A stretch of 20,988 bases of DNA from a virus, in the IMG/VR virus record IMGVR_UViG_3300027863_001748; one strand, given 5' to 3'. Of this stretch, positions 1 through 8,200 are shown in pieces (positions within the stretch are counted from its first letter, which is position 1; each line of letters opens with the position of its first letter). Both the position numbers and the translations under genes were made by a program. Below the pieces are notes generated by a model. That model made no database searches and was not told where the DNA came from. It worked only from the letters and a program-made list of their open reading frames with translations.

Positions 1-753
1 GGCGTCTGGATGCTGGGACGAGATTACCCTGAAATTGCCTTTCTCGGTTTGCTTGGAGACGATTTTGAACCAGCTACGTGGGAAGCTTTATCATACATGA
101 ATTCGCATAGAAAACTGTCACTTGGCTACATCCAAGGAATTTTGGACGAGAATCAAGTTGATAAGGCTTGCAGGAATACCGGATGCGTCATAAAGACTAA
201 GGATTGGGTGTACTATAAAGAAGAATCTTGGCCCACAGAGATTTTTCTGGCAATGGAGGAGAACGGATTTCCTTATGAATTGTCTTTACCTGACGCATTA
301 AAACATAATGCAAGCCATTGGACTTGGAAAGTGTGGTCAAAACAAATTCGGCGCTTTTTTCGCATCAATCCTCATTTGTTAGAGCTTTACCGGTCAAAAG
401 TACCACTCGACATGTTTAGGAAAATGCACGAGTTTTCAGAAAAAGAGAAGGAAGCAGCCGCAAAATTGACCGTGTACGTCGAAGAAAAAGTCGTATTGAT
501 TCCTTTTTCAAGCAGAGAAAGGAGCAAGATTCTGAATGTCTCTCGAAGTCTTTCAACATTAGGATATACCGCTTGGGATTTGTTCTCTCCTGAATGGAAA
601 AACGGAGGATACGCGCTTGAAAGAAGGTGGTTGCACTTAAGGTCACGCCAGAAGCAAGTTTTATTGGACGAAATGACCTCTGCACTGCTGTTTATCCTCT
701 CAATGAGAGGAGAAGTCAGAATTCCTCGAGAAGCGATAAGTAGGCTTGATTAG
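1..753 (+). CDS. Hypothetical protein, probably 5'-truncated by the window edge; candidate restriction endonuclease partner of the convergent methyltransferase
   Basis: The frame is open from base 1 (GGC GTC TGG ATG), and the track ORF 10..753 is 247 aa. No catalytic motif recognised; the REase idea rests only on position. Confidence 0.5.
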   Translation, partial: GVWMLGRDYPEIAFLGLLGDDFEPATWEALSYMNSHRKLSLGYIQGILDENQVDKACRNTGCVIKTKDWVYYKEESWPTEIFLAMEENGFPYELSLPDALKHNASHWTWKVWSKQIRRFFRINPHLLELYRSKVPLDMFRKMHEFSEKEKEAAAKLTVYVEEKVVLIPFSSRERSKILNVSRSLSTLGYTAWDLFSPEWKNGGYALERRWLHLRSRQKQVLLDEMTSALLFILSMRGEVRIPREAISRLD

Positions 754-815
754 AATTCAATTATTCTTTCTATTATCGATAACTCGCGAGCTCAATTCTT
801 GCTTAGATTAATGCT

Positions 816-1511
816 TTATCTGCGTGGTAGACCTTGAGAGAAATAGTCGCATAATCCTTTCAATGGGCATTTTACACATCTAGGAATTCCATAAGTGCAA
901 ATAAGAGCCGACAAGTCCAATAAAGCAAAGTTGTATGTCTGGTGCTTGTCAAGTGGCACATACATAGAGGCGATACGCTCAATGAGATGCTTTCGTCGTC
1001 TCTTTGGTAAATGTAACAAGAAAACTCTGCCATAGATTCTTTCCACGTTCGTGTCTACCATAGCGGAAGGTTCACCACATCCAAGTGACAAGACCGCCCC
1101 CGCGGTATAGGAGCCGACGTGGGGAATTTCCAACAATAATTCCTTTGAACAAGGAACAGTGCCTTCAAATCTTTCAACCAAGTATTTTGCGATAGCCTTG
1201 AGTATTCTTGTTCTCTGTTTATGATATCCGATTGTCGAAAGTGTTGATTCTAACTTCGTTTCTTCAGCCGCTGCGATTTTCTGAGGATGACTGTACTCTT
1301 TCATGAAGGACTGATAAATCCGAAGCACTGCAGAAGCGGTGGTTCTTCTCAATAAGACTTCGGCAACCAAGGTTCCGAAAGGTGTTGGATCCTTTCTCCA
1401 TGGAAAATCCCTGAGGTGCTTCTTAGCCCACTCCAATAAAAGGCGTTGGAAATCTCCTTTTCTTGTAGCTGCCACAGCATCTAGTATTTTTTGGTCATCA
1501 TATTTAATCAT
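816..1511 (-). CDS. mig: HhH-GPD DNA glycosylase with 4Fe-4S cluster, Mig/thymine (T:G) mismatch glycosylase type
   Basis: RDFPWR; EVLLRRTTA (Mig.MthI-like LLRRTT, not MutY MLQQTQ); HhH LLEIPHVGSYTA; catalytic MVDTN; FeS motif C-x6-C-x2-C-x5-C (CTYGIPRCVKCPLKGLC). ATGA overlap with the methyltransferase stop. Confidence 0.85.
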   Translation of the reverse strand: MIKYDDQKILDAVAATRKGDFQRLLLEWAKKHLRDFPWRKDPTPFGTLVAEVLLRRTTASAVLRIYQSFMKEYSHPQKIAAAEETKLESTLSTIGYHKQRTRILKAIAKYLVERFEGTVPCSKELLLEIPHVGSYTAGAVLSLGCGEPSAMVDTNVERIYGRVFLLHLPKRRRKHLIERIASMYVPLDKHQTYNFALLDLSALICTYGIPRCVKCPLKGLCDYFSQGLPRR

Positions 1512-2584
1512 CGGCTAACTTCCCCATCAATCGCGGCAGACCTGATGATTTTACTTACAACCGTGGAGAGATGCAAAGGCACAGCATTGCCTATCATTTG
1601 GTATTTTTCCTTGGTCGACCCGCTGAATTTCCAAGATTTGGGAAAACCCTGAATAGCAGCATATTCCTTGATGCTTAACGGTCGAATTTCATCTGGGTGC
1701 GCAAGGCACGTAGCTTTCCTAATCGGAGAACTTACTAAAGTTGGCACCGGTCTATCCCAATGAAGCCTTCTAAAAAATCCTGTACGTCCACCTTGAGAAA
1801 AGAAAGCTCTTCCCATCGCTTCCTTCTGTATTTTAGGCGGTAGATCCCGCCAATCACCGCCTGGAGGGACATACTTAAGATATGCTCCCCAAGGGGGGAA
1901 AGGTAAAAACTCGGGGTCAGTATCATCTAGTCCTTTGAGAGCGTCTCTGAGGGTAGTGCAACCACGCTTCCGTTCTCTTATGTCCAATAGTTGCCCATCG
2001 CGAGACCCCATAATAAATAATCGTCTACGTTTTTGTGGAGCACCATAGTCGGCAGCATTCAAAACTTCAACCGTTAGTCTGTATCCAGTTCTCCTAAACT
2101 TTTTGAGGAGAAGAGCGAAAGCCTTTCCTAGCCTAGATTCTTCCTGTATTTCATGTGGTTTTTTCTCTGCCCTTTCATAAAAAGAAATATGCTTGAGTGT
2201 TGCTGATCGTAGGCCTGGCACATTCTCAAAGACAAAGAACATGGGCTTAATCTGCCTTACTATTCTAATGAATTCGAAGACAAGTGCGCCTCTCTCATCA
2301 CATAATGAAAGCCGTCTTCCTGCCGTCGAGAAAGGTTGACAAGGCGGTCCACCAATAACAACAGTTGGCTCTGTTTTCCGCAGACCGGCTTTTTTGAGAA
2401 TAGCATGAGCTGAGACGTGTCTTATGTCTTCGTTGATTATTGGTATGAGTGGACGATTTGCGCGAATAGTATCAAAAACAGCTGGATGATTATCCACAGC
2501 AGCGCGTATTTCGAAGCCTTTCTTTTCGAAGCCAAGGTCAAGCCCCATAGCACCTGTGAAGAGAGAAATGGCCGTCAAACTCAC
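1508..2584 (-). CDS. DNA (cytosine-5)-methyltransferase
   Basis: Motif I FTGAMGLDLG, motif IV GGPPCQPFS, motif VI ENVPG, motif VIII QKRRRLF, motif X IGNAVP. GTG start with GAGGA upstream. Confidence 0.95.
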   Translation of the reverse strand: MSLTAISLFTGAMGLDLGFEKKGFEIRAAVDNHPAVFDTIRANRPLIPIINEDIRHVSAHAILKKAGLRKTEPTVVIGGPPCQPFSTAGRRLSLCDERGALVFEFIRIVRQIKPMFFVFENVPGLRSATLKHISFYERAEKKPHEIQEESRLGKAFALLLKKFRRTGYRLTVEVLNAADYGAPQKRRRLFIMGSRDGQLLDIRERKRGCTTLRDALKGLDDTDPEFLPFPPWGAYLKYVPPGGDWRDLPPKIQKEAMGRAFFSQGGRTGFFRRLHWDRPVPTLVSSPIRKATCLAHPDEIRPLSIKEYAAIQGFPKSWKFSGSTKEKYQMIGNAVPLHLSTVVSKIIRSAAIDGEVSR

Positions 2585-2615
2585 TGATTATTCCTCTGAC
2601 CCTAGAATGTAACCC

Positions 2616-2630
2616 TATTTATAGATAAAT
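2616..2630 (-). promoter_or_regulatory. Putative TATA box for the MTase-mig operon, overlapped by a short inverted repeat
   Basis: The minus strand reads TATAAATA at 2623-2616, about 31 nt upstream of the GTG at 2584. ATTTAT-AG-ATAAAT inverted repeat at 2617-2630. Confidence 0.4.
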
Positions 2631-2734
2631 CTTTGGACCAGCGAAGACTTAGTAACCGCAGCAGTTACTCTTTTTCTTTCAATATGACGGAAAAAAGCTT
2701 AAGCCAGGTTCAAACAGAGTGAAAGAGAATTTCG

Positions 2735-2857
2735 TTAAAGCCTCTCTTCTATTAGCTTGTTTATGATTTGTCCTATTGTGGCGCCGTTCTTTTCTGCCAC
2801 TTTTCGTATTTTCTCATAGTTTGCTTGCCTAATGTAAACAGAAAGGCTAGGCAACAC
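2735..2857 (-). CDS. Small ribbon-helix-helix (CopG/MetJ/Arc-like) DNA-binding protein, absent from the ORF track
   Basis: Hand translation: (V)LPSLSVYIRQANYEKIRKVAEKNGATIGQIINKLIEERL*. It shows an alternating beta-strand SLSVYI, helix A, a G-x-T turn and helix B. GGAG lies upstream; start is GTG 2857 or TTG 2854. Confidence 0.75.
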   Translation of the reverse strand: MLPSLSVYIRQANYEKIRKVAEKNGATIGQIINKLIEERL

Positions 2858-2868
2858 TTTCTCCAAAA

Positions 2869-2925
2869 ATAACTGACTACCTAAGAAGTATATAACCATA
2901 TAACTGACTACTCAACTAGCTAGTT
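2869..2925. promoter_or_regulatory. Divergent promoter/operator: 12-bp direct repeats flanking a TATA box, plus a 12-bp palindrome
   Basis: ATAACTGACTAC at 2869-2880 and 2900-2911; TATATAA at 2889-2895 between them; perfect palindrome AACTAGCTAGTT at 2914-2925. Confidence 0.55.
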
Positions 2926-2991
2926 TCTCGCATATTTTTATCCCAAGCATCCAAAAATCTGGCTTGAAGACTCAACGGAGCTCAACAAGGC

Positions 2992-4293
2992 TTGCCTTGG
3001 GAAGAAACCGACCAATACATTCGTAGTGGTCATCGTAACCCAGACGATTTTAAACCCGATAGTCTCCGCACTATAACCGTAAGTGAAGAGGAAGGCATCA
3101 AAGCAGTAGTCGGCAAGCCTAAAGGCAAAGACACGATGGAAGTGCAAAGCTACCTTTTCAGCAAAGAGAAAGACTGGACGCTTGACAAGGCTAAGGCTTG
3201 GTTTGAAAAACACCGCGAAGAAACAGGAACCAAAGAACACGTTTCCTGCATCCTTCCTTTCCAAGTCTTAGAGAAAGTCGTTGACAAGCCTCTACGCATC
3301 AAAGGCATAGCCATGACTTCGGGCATAAGCAGAAACTTCAACATCTACACTCCCGAAGAGCTGCAGACTTTCGCCAACAAGCTTGTTTCTGCTCCCGTCT
3401 ATGTGGAACATGTTGCCGTTCCGAACGCTGTTGGAAAAGTAACTCAAACAAGCTGGGACGGAGAAAACCTCTGGTACGAAGCCGAAATCTACGAAAGCGA
3501 AATCGCCGACAAAATCCGCAAAGGACTAATCCAACACGTTAGCGTGGGAGCAGACTACGAAACACTAGACATCGTAGACGGCAAAATTCCACACGGACTA
3601 CACAATGCCGAACTGAGCCTTGTCGCGGTTCCAGGTATCCCAGAAACAAACGTGCAAGTCTTAGAAAGCCTAAAACCCAAGGAACAGATGGCAGAGCCCA
3701 TCATTGCAGGCGAATATGTTCTGGGCTTTTACCAAGATCAGGCTGCGTTCATGCCTGAACATTTCCGAACAGTCTGGCTTGATCAGCAGAACGGCGTTTT
3801 GGCTGTCATGTCTAAGGTTCGAGAAGATCCTTCCAGAGAGCTGTGCCAAGCAATCCTATTTTCAAAAGCCAAGCTGTGGGATCAGAACAGCATCCGCGAC
3901 TGGTTGAGCCTTCACCCTGACTACATCAAGCCTGCAGTTGTCTCCGAAAAGACAGAGCCAGTTAAAGAGAGTGCGCCAAAAATGAGCGAAAAAGTTGAAA
4001 ACACTCCAGAACAGCCACCTAAAGACGAGAACCCGAAGGAACAGATTGAAGAGAAGAAACAGCCAGAAGAGCAGCAAAGTATTGCTGAGAAGCTTCTGAA
4101 GAAACCCGAAACAAAAGAGCCTATGATTTCTGTAAAAGAAGCCAAAGCCCTAATCGAGGCTGTTTTGCCAAGCCCCATGGTTGAGCGAAGCTGGAGCCTA
4201 GGTCCTCAGAGGCTCTGTCAAGAACTGCGCGGGGTCATCCGCAATCTTGAATCAAGGTCATATGAGGTGACAAACGGGAGTAGGCAAGGCTGA
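2992..4293 (+). CDS. Prohead (maturation) protease, flanked by two copies of an unknown ~68-aa domain, with a charged scaffold-like tail
   Basis: Core LRIKGIAMTSGISRNFNIYTPEEL...PVYVEH...VGKV...YEAEI...IQHVSVGAD...ELSLVAVPG is typical of HK97-type proteases. It lies just upstream of the cement and MCP genes and has an E/K/P-rich C-terminal region. Confidence 0.8.
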   Translation: MPWEETDQYIRSGHRNPDDFKPDSLRTITVSEEEGIKAVVGKPKGKDTMEVQSYLFSKEKDWTLDKAKAWFEKHREETGTKEHVSCILPFQVLEKVVDKPLRIKGIAMTSGISRNFNIYTPEELQTFANKLVSAPVYVEHVAVPNAVGKVTQTSWDGENLWYEAEIYESEIADKIRKGLIQHVSVGADYETLDIVDGKIPHGLHNAELSLVAVPGIPETNVQVLESLKPKEQMAEPIIAGEYVLGFYQDQAAFMPEHFRTVWLDQQNGVLAVMSKVREDPSRELCQAILFSKAKLWDQNSIRDWLSLHPDYIKPAVVSEKTEPVKESAPKMSEKVENTPEQPPKDENPKEQIEEKKQPEEQQSIAEKLLKKPETKEPMISVKEAKALIEAVLPSPMVERSWSLGPQRLCQELRGVIRNLESRSYEVTNGSRQG

Positions 4294-4330
4294 ACTTGCT
4301 GAAACCGAACCAAAAGGAGAGTGATGTGTT

Positions 4331-4750
4331 TTGGCTGACGTTTCAGGCAAAACGTGGATGGCAATAGGCGAAACAGACGACCCATACGCTGTCATAGAAC
4401 GTTTCGAAGCTGCAGCAGCAATAACCAAAGGCGACCCAGTCTATCTAAGCGCAGACGACAAGGTCAGTCCCGCAACATCTGCTCAAGACTGCATAGGCAT
4501 CGCAGTGCAATCAGTTGCTTCTGGAGCCATGTGTCCCGTTCTGATTCGTGGAAGAATCAAAGTGAAAGCTGGTGGCGCAATAACCCGTGGCAAAGCAGTC
4601 TACGGAGCAGATGCAAGCAAAAGAGTCGTAGCATTAGCTGACATAAACGAAGGCGGATCCTCAACGATTTCTTGGACCAGAAAACTCGGGTGGGCTCTCG
4701 AAAACACAACAGCAGCAGACGACCTGCTCTTCATCATCGTGGAGAAGTGA
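4331..4750 (+). CDS. Capsid cement/decoration protein (DUF2190-like)
   Basis: FEAAAAITKGDPVYL...IGIAVQSVASG...VLIRG.IKVKAGGAITRGKAVY pattern; between protease and MCP. Confidence 0.7.
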   Translation: MADVSGKTWMAIGETDDPYAVIERFEAAAAITKGDPVYLSADDKVSPATSAQDCIGIAVQSVASGAMCPVLIRGRIKVKAGGAITRGKAVYGADASKRVVALADINEGGSSTISWTRKLGWALENTTAADDLLFIIVEK

Positions 4751-4755
4751 CAAAC

Positions 4756-5709
4756 ATGAAGCCTAAACTATTTGAAAGCCTCACGCAAAAAGACGGCGAA
4801 GTCAAGGAATTCTACGAGAACGTAAAAGGCAGAGCAACAACACACCCGTTCTTCAAACGCTATGCTGAAGTTGGAATAAAAGAAGGCTTGTTCAGCGACA
4901 TGGCTGGCGCACTAGGCAAGATGCATGACACGCTCATAGAAGCTGCTTATCCCGAAATGATAGGCAGAAACATCATCAACGTCAAACCAACAACCGAAGC
5001 CCTAGAACGATTCCCACTCGACGAAAAAGCTGTAGCCTACCTCTACACAGAAGGCTCAATAGCGAGATTATCTGGCAAGAAAATAAGCACCATCGACATT
5101 CAAACCAACACCTTCGCAGACGCTTCAGAAGAATGGACACGCGAATTCGCAGAAGACGCAACATGGAACGTCATGGACAACATGGTTGAAAAAGTCGGCA
5201 GAATCTTGGGCGAAACCGAAACAAACAAGATACTAGCGCTTTACGGAGCCATCGCAGACGCAGACCTAGCTGGTGGCGCACCAATTGCAGGCGGTGGAGC
5301 AGCCTTAAGCTGGGCTGGTCTCCTCAAGCTTCACAATGCCGTGCGTGGTGAAAACTGGCGCCCCTCAGTGCTTGTGGTGCATGAGACGCAACTGCATCAA
5401 CTGCTAAATGACGACAAGTTCATTCACGCCCAATACTTGCCTTCTGGACAAACCGACATTGAACGCGGAATCGTTACAAGCGTTTTAGGCATGAGAGTTC
5501 AAGCAAGCACGCTTGTGCCTAACGGAACGGCTTATGCGATTGATACTCGAGTGGCAGCAGTCATGCTTCTGCGCAGAGACGTTACTGTCGAAGACTGGGA
5601 AGACCCGAAAACTGGCAAGTTTGGAGTCAGAGCGACCACAAGGTTCGGCATGGGAGTCTTACGAAGCAAAGCAGTTGCCAAAATGACTAACATAAGCACA
5701 AGTCTGTAA
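4756..5709 (+). CDS. Major capsid protein (HK97 fold), 317 aa
   Basis: Start reassigned to ATG 4756 (GGAGAAGTGA SD, 5 nt after the previous stop). MCP-like segments include DNMVEKVGRILGETETNKIL, VLGMRVQASTLVP and DVTVEDWED...GVRATTRFGMGVLRSKAVAKM. Confidence 0.85.
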   Translation: MKPKLFESLTQKDGEVKEFYENVKGRATTHPFFKRYAEVGIKEGLFSDMAGALGKMHDTLIEAAYPEMIGRNIINVKPTTEALERFPLDEKAVAYLYTEGSIARLSGKKISTIDIQTNTFADASEEWTREFAEDATWNVMDNMVEKVGRILGETETNKILALYGAIADADLAGGAPIAGGGAALSWAGLLKLHNAVRGENWRPSVLVVHETQLHQLLNDDKFIHAQYLPSGQTDIERGIVTSVLGMRVQASTLVPNGTAYAIDTRVAAVMLLRRDVTVEDWEDPKTGKFGVRATTRFGMGVLRSKAVAKMTNISTSL

Positions 5710-5730
5710 GCCTGAGCATGGTTTTGAGAA

Positions 5731-6009
5731 GTGCTCAAACAAACAAGCTTTCAAGGCAAATGCTCACGATGCGGTCGAATCTACCATAGTCAATACAGAA
5801 CTGATATCATAGTCTGTGATTGCTGGCGAAAATGCCCCCTATGCGGAGCTGAGATGCAACCGTACACGCCTGATCCAGCAAGTAACACTTACGGCAAAGA
5901 TGACAAACGCGAACTAACCATTCTAATGGTCTGCAACAACACCTCAGAACATCCGTCCAATTCCCAATTTTACAGCACACAAAAACCAGTCGAAGTCGAA
6001 CTGACATGA
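5731..6009 (+). CDS. Small Cys-rich, probably Zn-binding protein
   Basis: CSRC, CDC, CPLC and a late C...H; ATGA overlap with the next gene. Confidence 0.65.
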   Translation: MLKQTSFQGKCSRCGRIYHSQYRTDIIVCDCWRKCPLCGAEMQPYTPDPASNTYGKDDKRELTILMVCNNTSEHPSNSQFYSTQKPVEVELT

Positions 6010-6248
6010 AAAAATTCGAGGAGAAACTAACCCTCGCAAAGATTCTTTTATTTCCGCTTAGCAGACAGCCTCTACGCAGAAAACAGCTTGAAACCATAGC
6101 CTTCAGAAAGTCTGCAACACACGCCACTTTTGAACCCATGTTCAATTTTCTCGTTCAGAAGGGATTGATACAGAAAAGCGAGCAGAGACACACCGCTCCT
6201 TACACTATAACAGAGAAAGGCAAGAAGTTTCTGGAGGGCCTTCCCTGA
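6006..6248 (+). CDS. Winged helix-turn-helix DNA-binding protein
   Basis: C-terminal FLVQKGLI...YTITEKGKKFLE is typical of archaeal winged-helix proteins; 80 aa. Confidence 0.7.
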   Translation: MKKFEEKLTLAKILLFPLSRQPLRRKQLETIAFRKSATHATFEPMFNFLVQKGLIQKSEQRHTAPYTITEKGKKFLEGLP

Positions 6249-7483
6249 GCAGTGTTTTAAAGCGGATTGTAGACGCTCTTTCTCGTTCGCCTTCGGCTGG
6301 CATCTCCTCTCCAAGTCAGCAAACAGTTTTTGAAACTTCGGTTATTCCGCTTGCTGACGTCATGAGGCTGTATGAAAGAGACCCAACATGCAAATCTAGC
6401 GTTGACTTACTCAGCGCTGCTACTGTGGGAATCGGTTTCTACACGACCTGTGAAGGCGGTTTTGAAAAGGCTAAACAAGTGATTGACGATTTCAATGAAG
6501 AGGTCAATCTTGACGGCCTTCTTAACCAGATGGTTTCACGTCTGATCGCTTGTGGAAACGATTTCTGGCTTAAACTGGTTCCAGACAAGCTTGAGGATTT
6601 GCGTAGGCTTCCGATAGACTCCATAGAGAAAATTCAAGAAAGCTTCATAGAAGGCAGCAATCTGAAGATTCCTTACAAGGTTGAAGGCTACAAACTCAAA
6701 TCTTCCTATGGCGGTGGAAGCCTCGACCCAAAGGCTGTTTTGCATTGGTCGATAGGTTCAGAGAATCCATGTGGATTTGGAGTCGGTGTCTTGCAAGTTC
6801 TTTTACACACTTTGACCGTTAACAATGATAAACGCCCTTCGTATGCTTGGATGAAAGCCAAAATCGAGCGGTTAATGCCAAAAATATTCGAGAGATACGC
6901 CGCTCCAGATGTTGTCGTTCAGTTGGAAGGACAGAAAGAGGACACCATTAAGAAGTTTGAAGCCAAAATCAGAAACAGATCCGAAGAAGGAGCATGGATC
7001 TTCAGCGGCGCTAAGACCGCAAGCGTCAACAGTGTAGCCATAGACCCAAGAGCCAGCGGTTTCGCACCCTACATCGACCACATGGTTAACCAGTTCTATC
7101 TCGGATGCGAGACTCCTCTTCCACGCCTTTTCAGCACACCTGGCTTCACAGAAGCTTCAGCCAATGCGGCTCTTGACCTTCAAAGCATGCTAATCAAACC
7201 TTTACAACGGTATATCAAGCGTCAAGTAGAAAGGGAAATCTTCGCGTTGGTTTTGTCGCAAGCTGGCTTTAACCCTGCAGAGGCCAAGGTGCGACTGAAT
7301 TGGGGTTCTCCAGAAACGCCTGAAATAGTGCCCACTGACTTGATTAAAGCGGCTGAACAGAATCTCATTCGCCCTGAAGAGTTCAGAAAGAATGCAGTTA
7401 AGGTTTTGAATTGGGAACTCTGGGACGAGCAACCCAAAGATTCTGCTTCTCAACAGTCAAAAGGAGGTGAAAACAAGCATTGA
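6245..7483 (+). CDS. Portal protein (probable CTG start at 6245, 412 aa; track start ATG 6362)
   Basis: Portal-like segments LYERDPTCKSSVDLL, LIACGNDF, VLHW, GFGVGVLQVL, CETPLPRLF and ALDLQSMLIKPLQRYIKRQVE. The frame is open to CTG 6245, which overlaps the upstream TGA (CTGA), with GGAGG at 6233-6237. Confidence 0.75.
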   Translation: MSSVLKRIVDALSRSPSAGISSPSQQTVFETSVIPLADVMRLYERDPTCKSSVDLLSAATVGIGFYTTCEGGFEKAKQVIDDFNEEVNLDGLLNQMVSRLIACGNDFWLKLVPDKLEDLRRLPIDSIEKIQESFIEGSNLKIPYKVEGYKLKSSYGGGSLDPKAVLHWSIGSENPCGFGVGVLQVLLHTLTVNNDKRPSYAWMKAKIERLMPKIFERYAAPDVVVQLEGQKEDTIKKFEAKIRNRSEEGAWIFSGAKTASVNSVAIDPRASGFAPYIDHMVNQFYLGCETPLPRLFSTPGFTEASANAALDLQSMLIKPLQRYIKRQVEREIFALVLSQAGFNPAEAKVRLNWGSPETPEIVPTDLIKAAEQNLIRPEEFRKNAVKVLNWELWDEQPKDSASQQSKGGENKH

Positions 7484-7734
7484 ATCCGTTAAATATCGGC
7501 TTGGGAGTCGTTGCAGCGTTAATCTATGCCTTCTTGGGCTACTCAGCACAGGACAAGCCTTTCGACTGGAAAAAGTTTCTGCGGACAGTTGCCATAGGCA
7601 CGTTTTCAGCGTTAGGCTTGGATTTGGCTGGCTTGACCTTTGACGTCTACACCGCTCTAGTGGGTCCTACAGCGATAACAGTGTGGCTCACAAAACTGGT
7701 TGACACTGCAAAACCCGAGCCCATACCGAAATAA
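7480..7734 (+). CDS. Small membrane protein, holin-like
   Basis: 84 aa with 2-3 hydrophobic segments separated by the charged loop QDKPFDWKKF; TTGA overlap with the portal stop. Confidence 0.5.
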   Translation: MNPLNIGLGVVAALIYAFLGYSAQDKPFDWKKFLRTVAIGTFSALGLDLAGLTFDVYTALVGPTAITVWLTKLVDTAKPEPIPK

Positions 7735-7797
7735 CGCATGAAATCTGAAGCATCATCACCGTTTTCCAGTTTTAAGGCTCATTGGAGAAAATGACGC

Positions 7798-8199
7798 TTG
7801 TCTGTTCCATGGGGGCAATATGCGGAAGCATACAAAGCGATACATGATAAGTTAGTGGAAATTCTTGTCCAGCTCTCAGTAAAAATTGAAGATGCAAATC
7901 AATACACAGGCACATATGCTCCTACTGGTGCAGGCTCTACAACTATTGTTTCATCAGTTTCAGGCAAGACTATCAAGATTTATGACTTTTATCTCTGGAA
8001 TAGCGGAACAGCAGATGTTGGTGTTCGCCTCTACTTTGGCGCAAGCGGAAAAAATGTCTTTAAGGGAAAGTTGGCAGCGAAGACAGGCGTCATTCGAAGC
8101 ATGGTAAGGCATTGGGAAAGCAATGCTGATGACTCGCTTGTTCTGTATTTGGACGCGGCTGGAACTGTTGATTATGGTGTAGGAGCAGTGCAAAGCTAA
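7798..8199 (+). CDS. Hypothetical beta-rich protein, probable virion component
   Basis: 133 aa; N-terminal helix followed by a G/T/S/V-rich beta pattern; inside the structural operon. Confidence 0.55.
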   Translation: MSVPWGQYAEAYKAIHDKLVEILVQLSVKIEDANQYTGTYAPTGAGSTTIVSSVSGKTIKIYDFYLWNSGTADVGVRLYFGASGKNVFKGKLAAKTGVIRSMVRHWESNADDSLVLYLDAAGTVDYGVGAVQS

Positions 8200-8200
8200 A

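Noticed and set aside
725-812. Six 6-bp palindromes (CTCGAG, GAATTC, ATCGAT, TCGCGA, GAGCTC, ATTAAT) in under 90 bp, polylinker-like
   Set aside because: A post hoc pattern with no vector context or larger structure; most likely chance in a convergent intergenic region.
816-1511. Annotation as MutY adenine glycosylase or endonuclease III
   Set aside because: It has LLRRTT rather than MLQQTQ, lacks the C-terminal MutT-like domain, and is coupled to a C5 MTase, all favouring Mig.
2585-2991. Possible att site, tRNA or CRISPR mini-array at the cassette/virus junction
   Set aside because: No cloverleaf, and only two 12-bp repeats with a 19-bp spacer, better explained as an operator. No partner att repeat or integrase is in the window.
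3916-4110. E/K/P/Q-rich stretch as a possible tandem repeat
   Set aside because: No regular nucleotide period; an ordinary low-complexity scaffold linker.
4264-4324. GAGGTGA followed by ACG opening a 16-codon mini-ORF (MGVGKAELAETEPKGE) as a fifth near-cognate start
   Set aside because: The SD spacing is only 3 nt versus 5-6 nt after TGA-type SDs elsewhere, and the peptide is too short to assess.
4672-4755. Track N-terminal extension of the MCP; likewise 13787-13831, 19360-19497 and probably 10009-10149
   Set aside because: For the first three, the extension overlaps the upstream gene and a downstream start has a better SD or stop-start coupling. For 10009-10149 the evidence is weaker: an AT-rich extension and a TATA-like box before TTG 10008.
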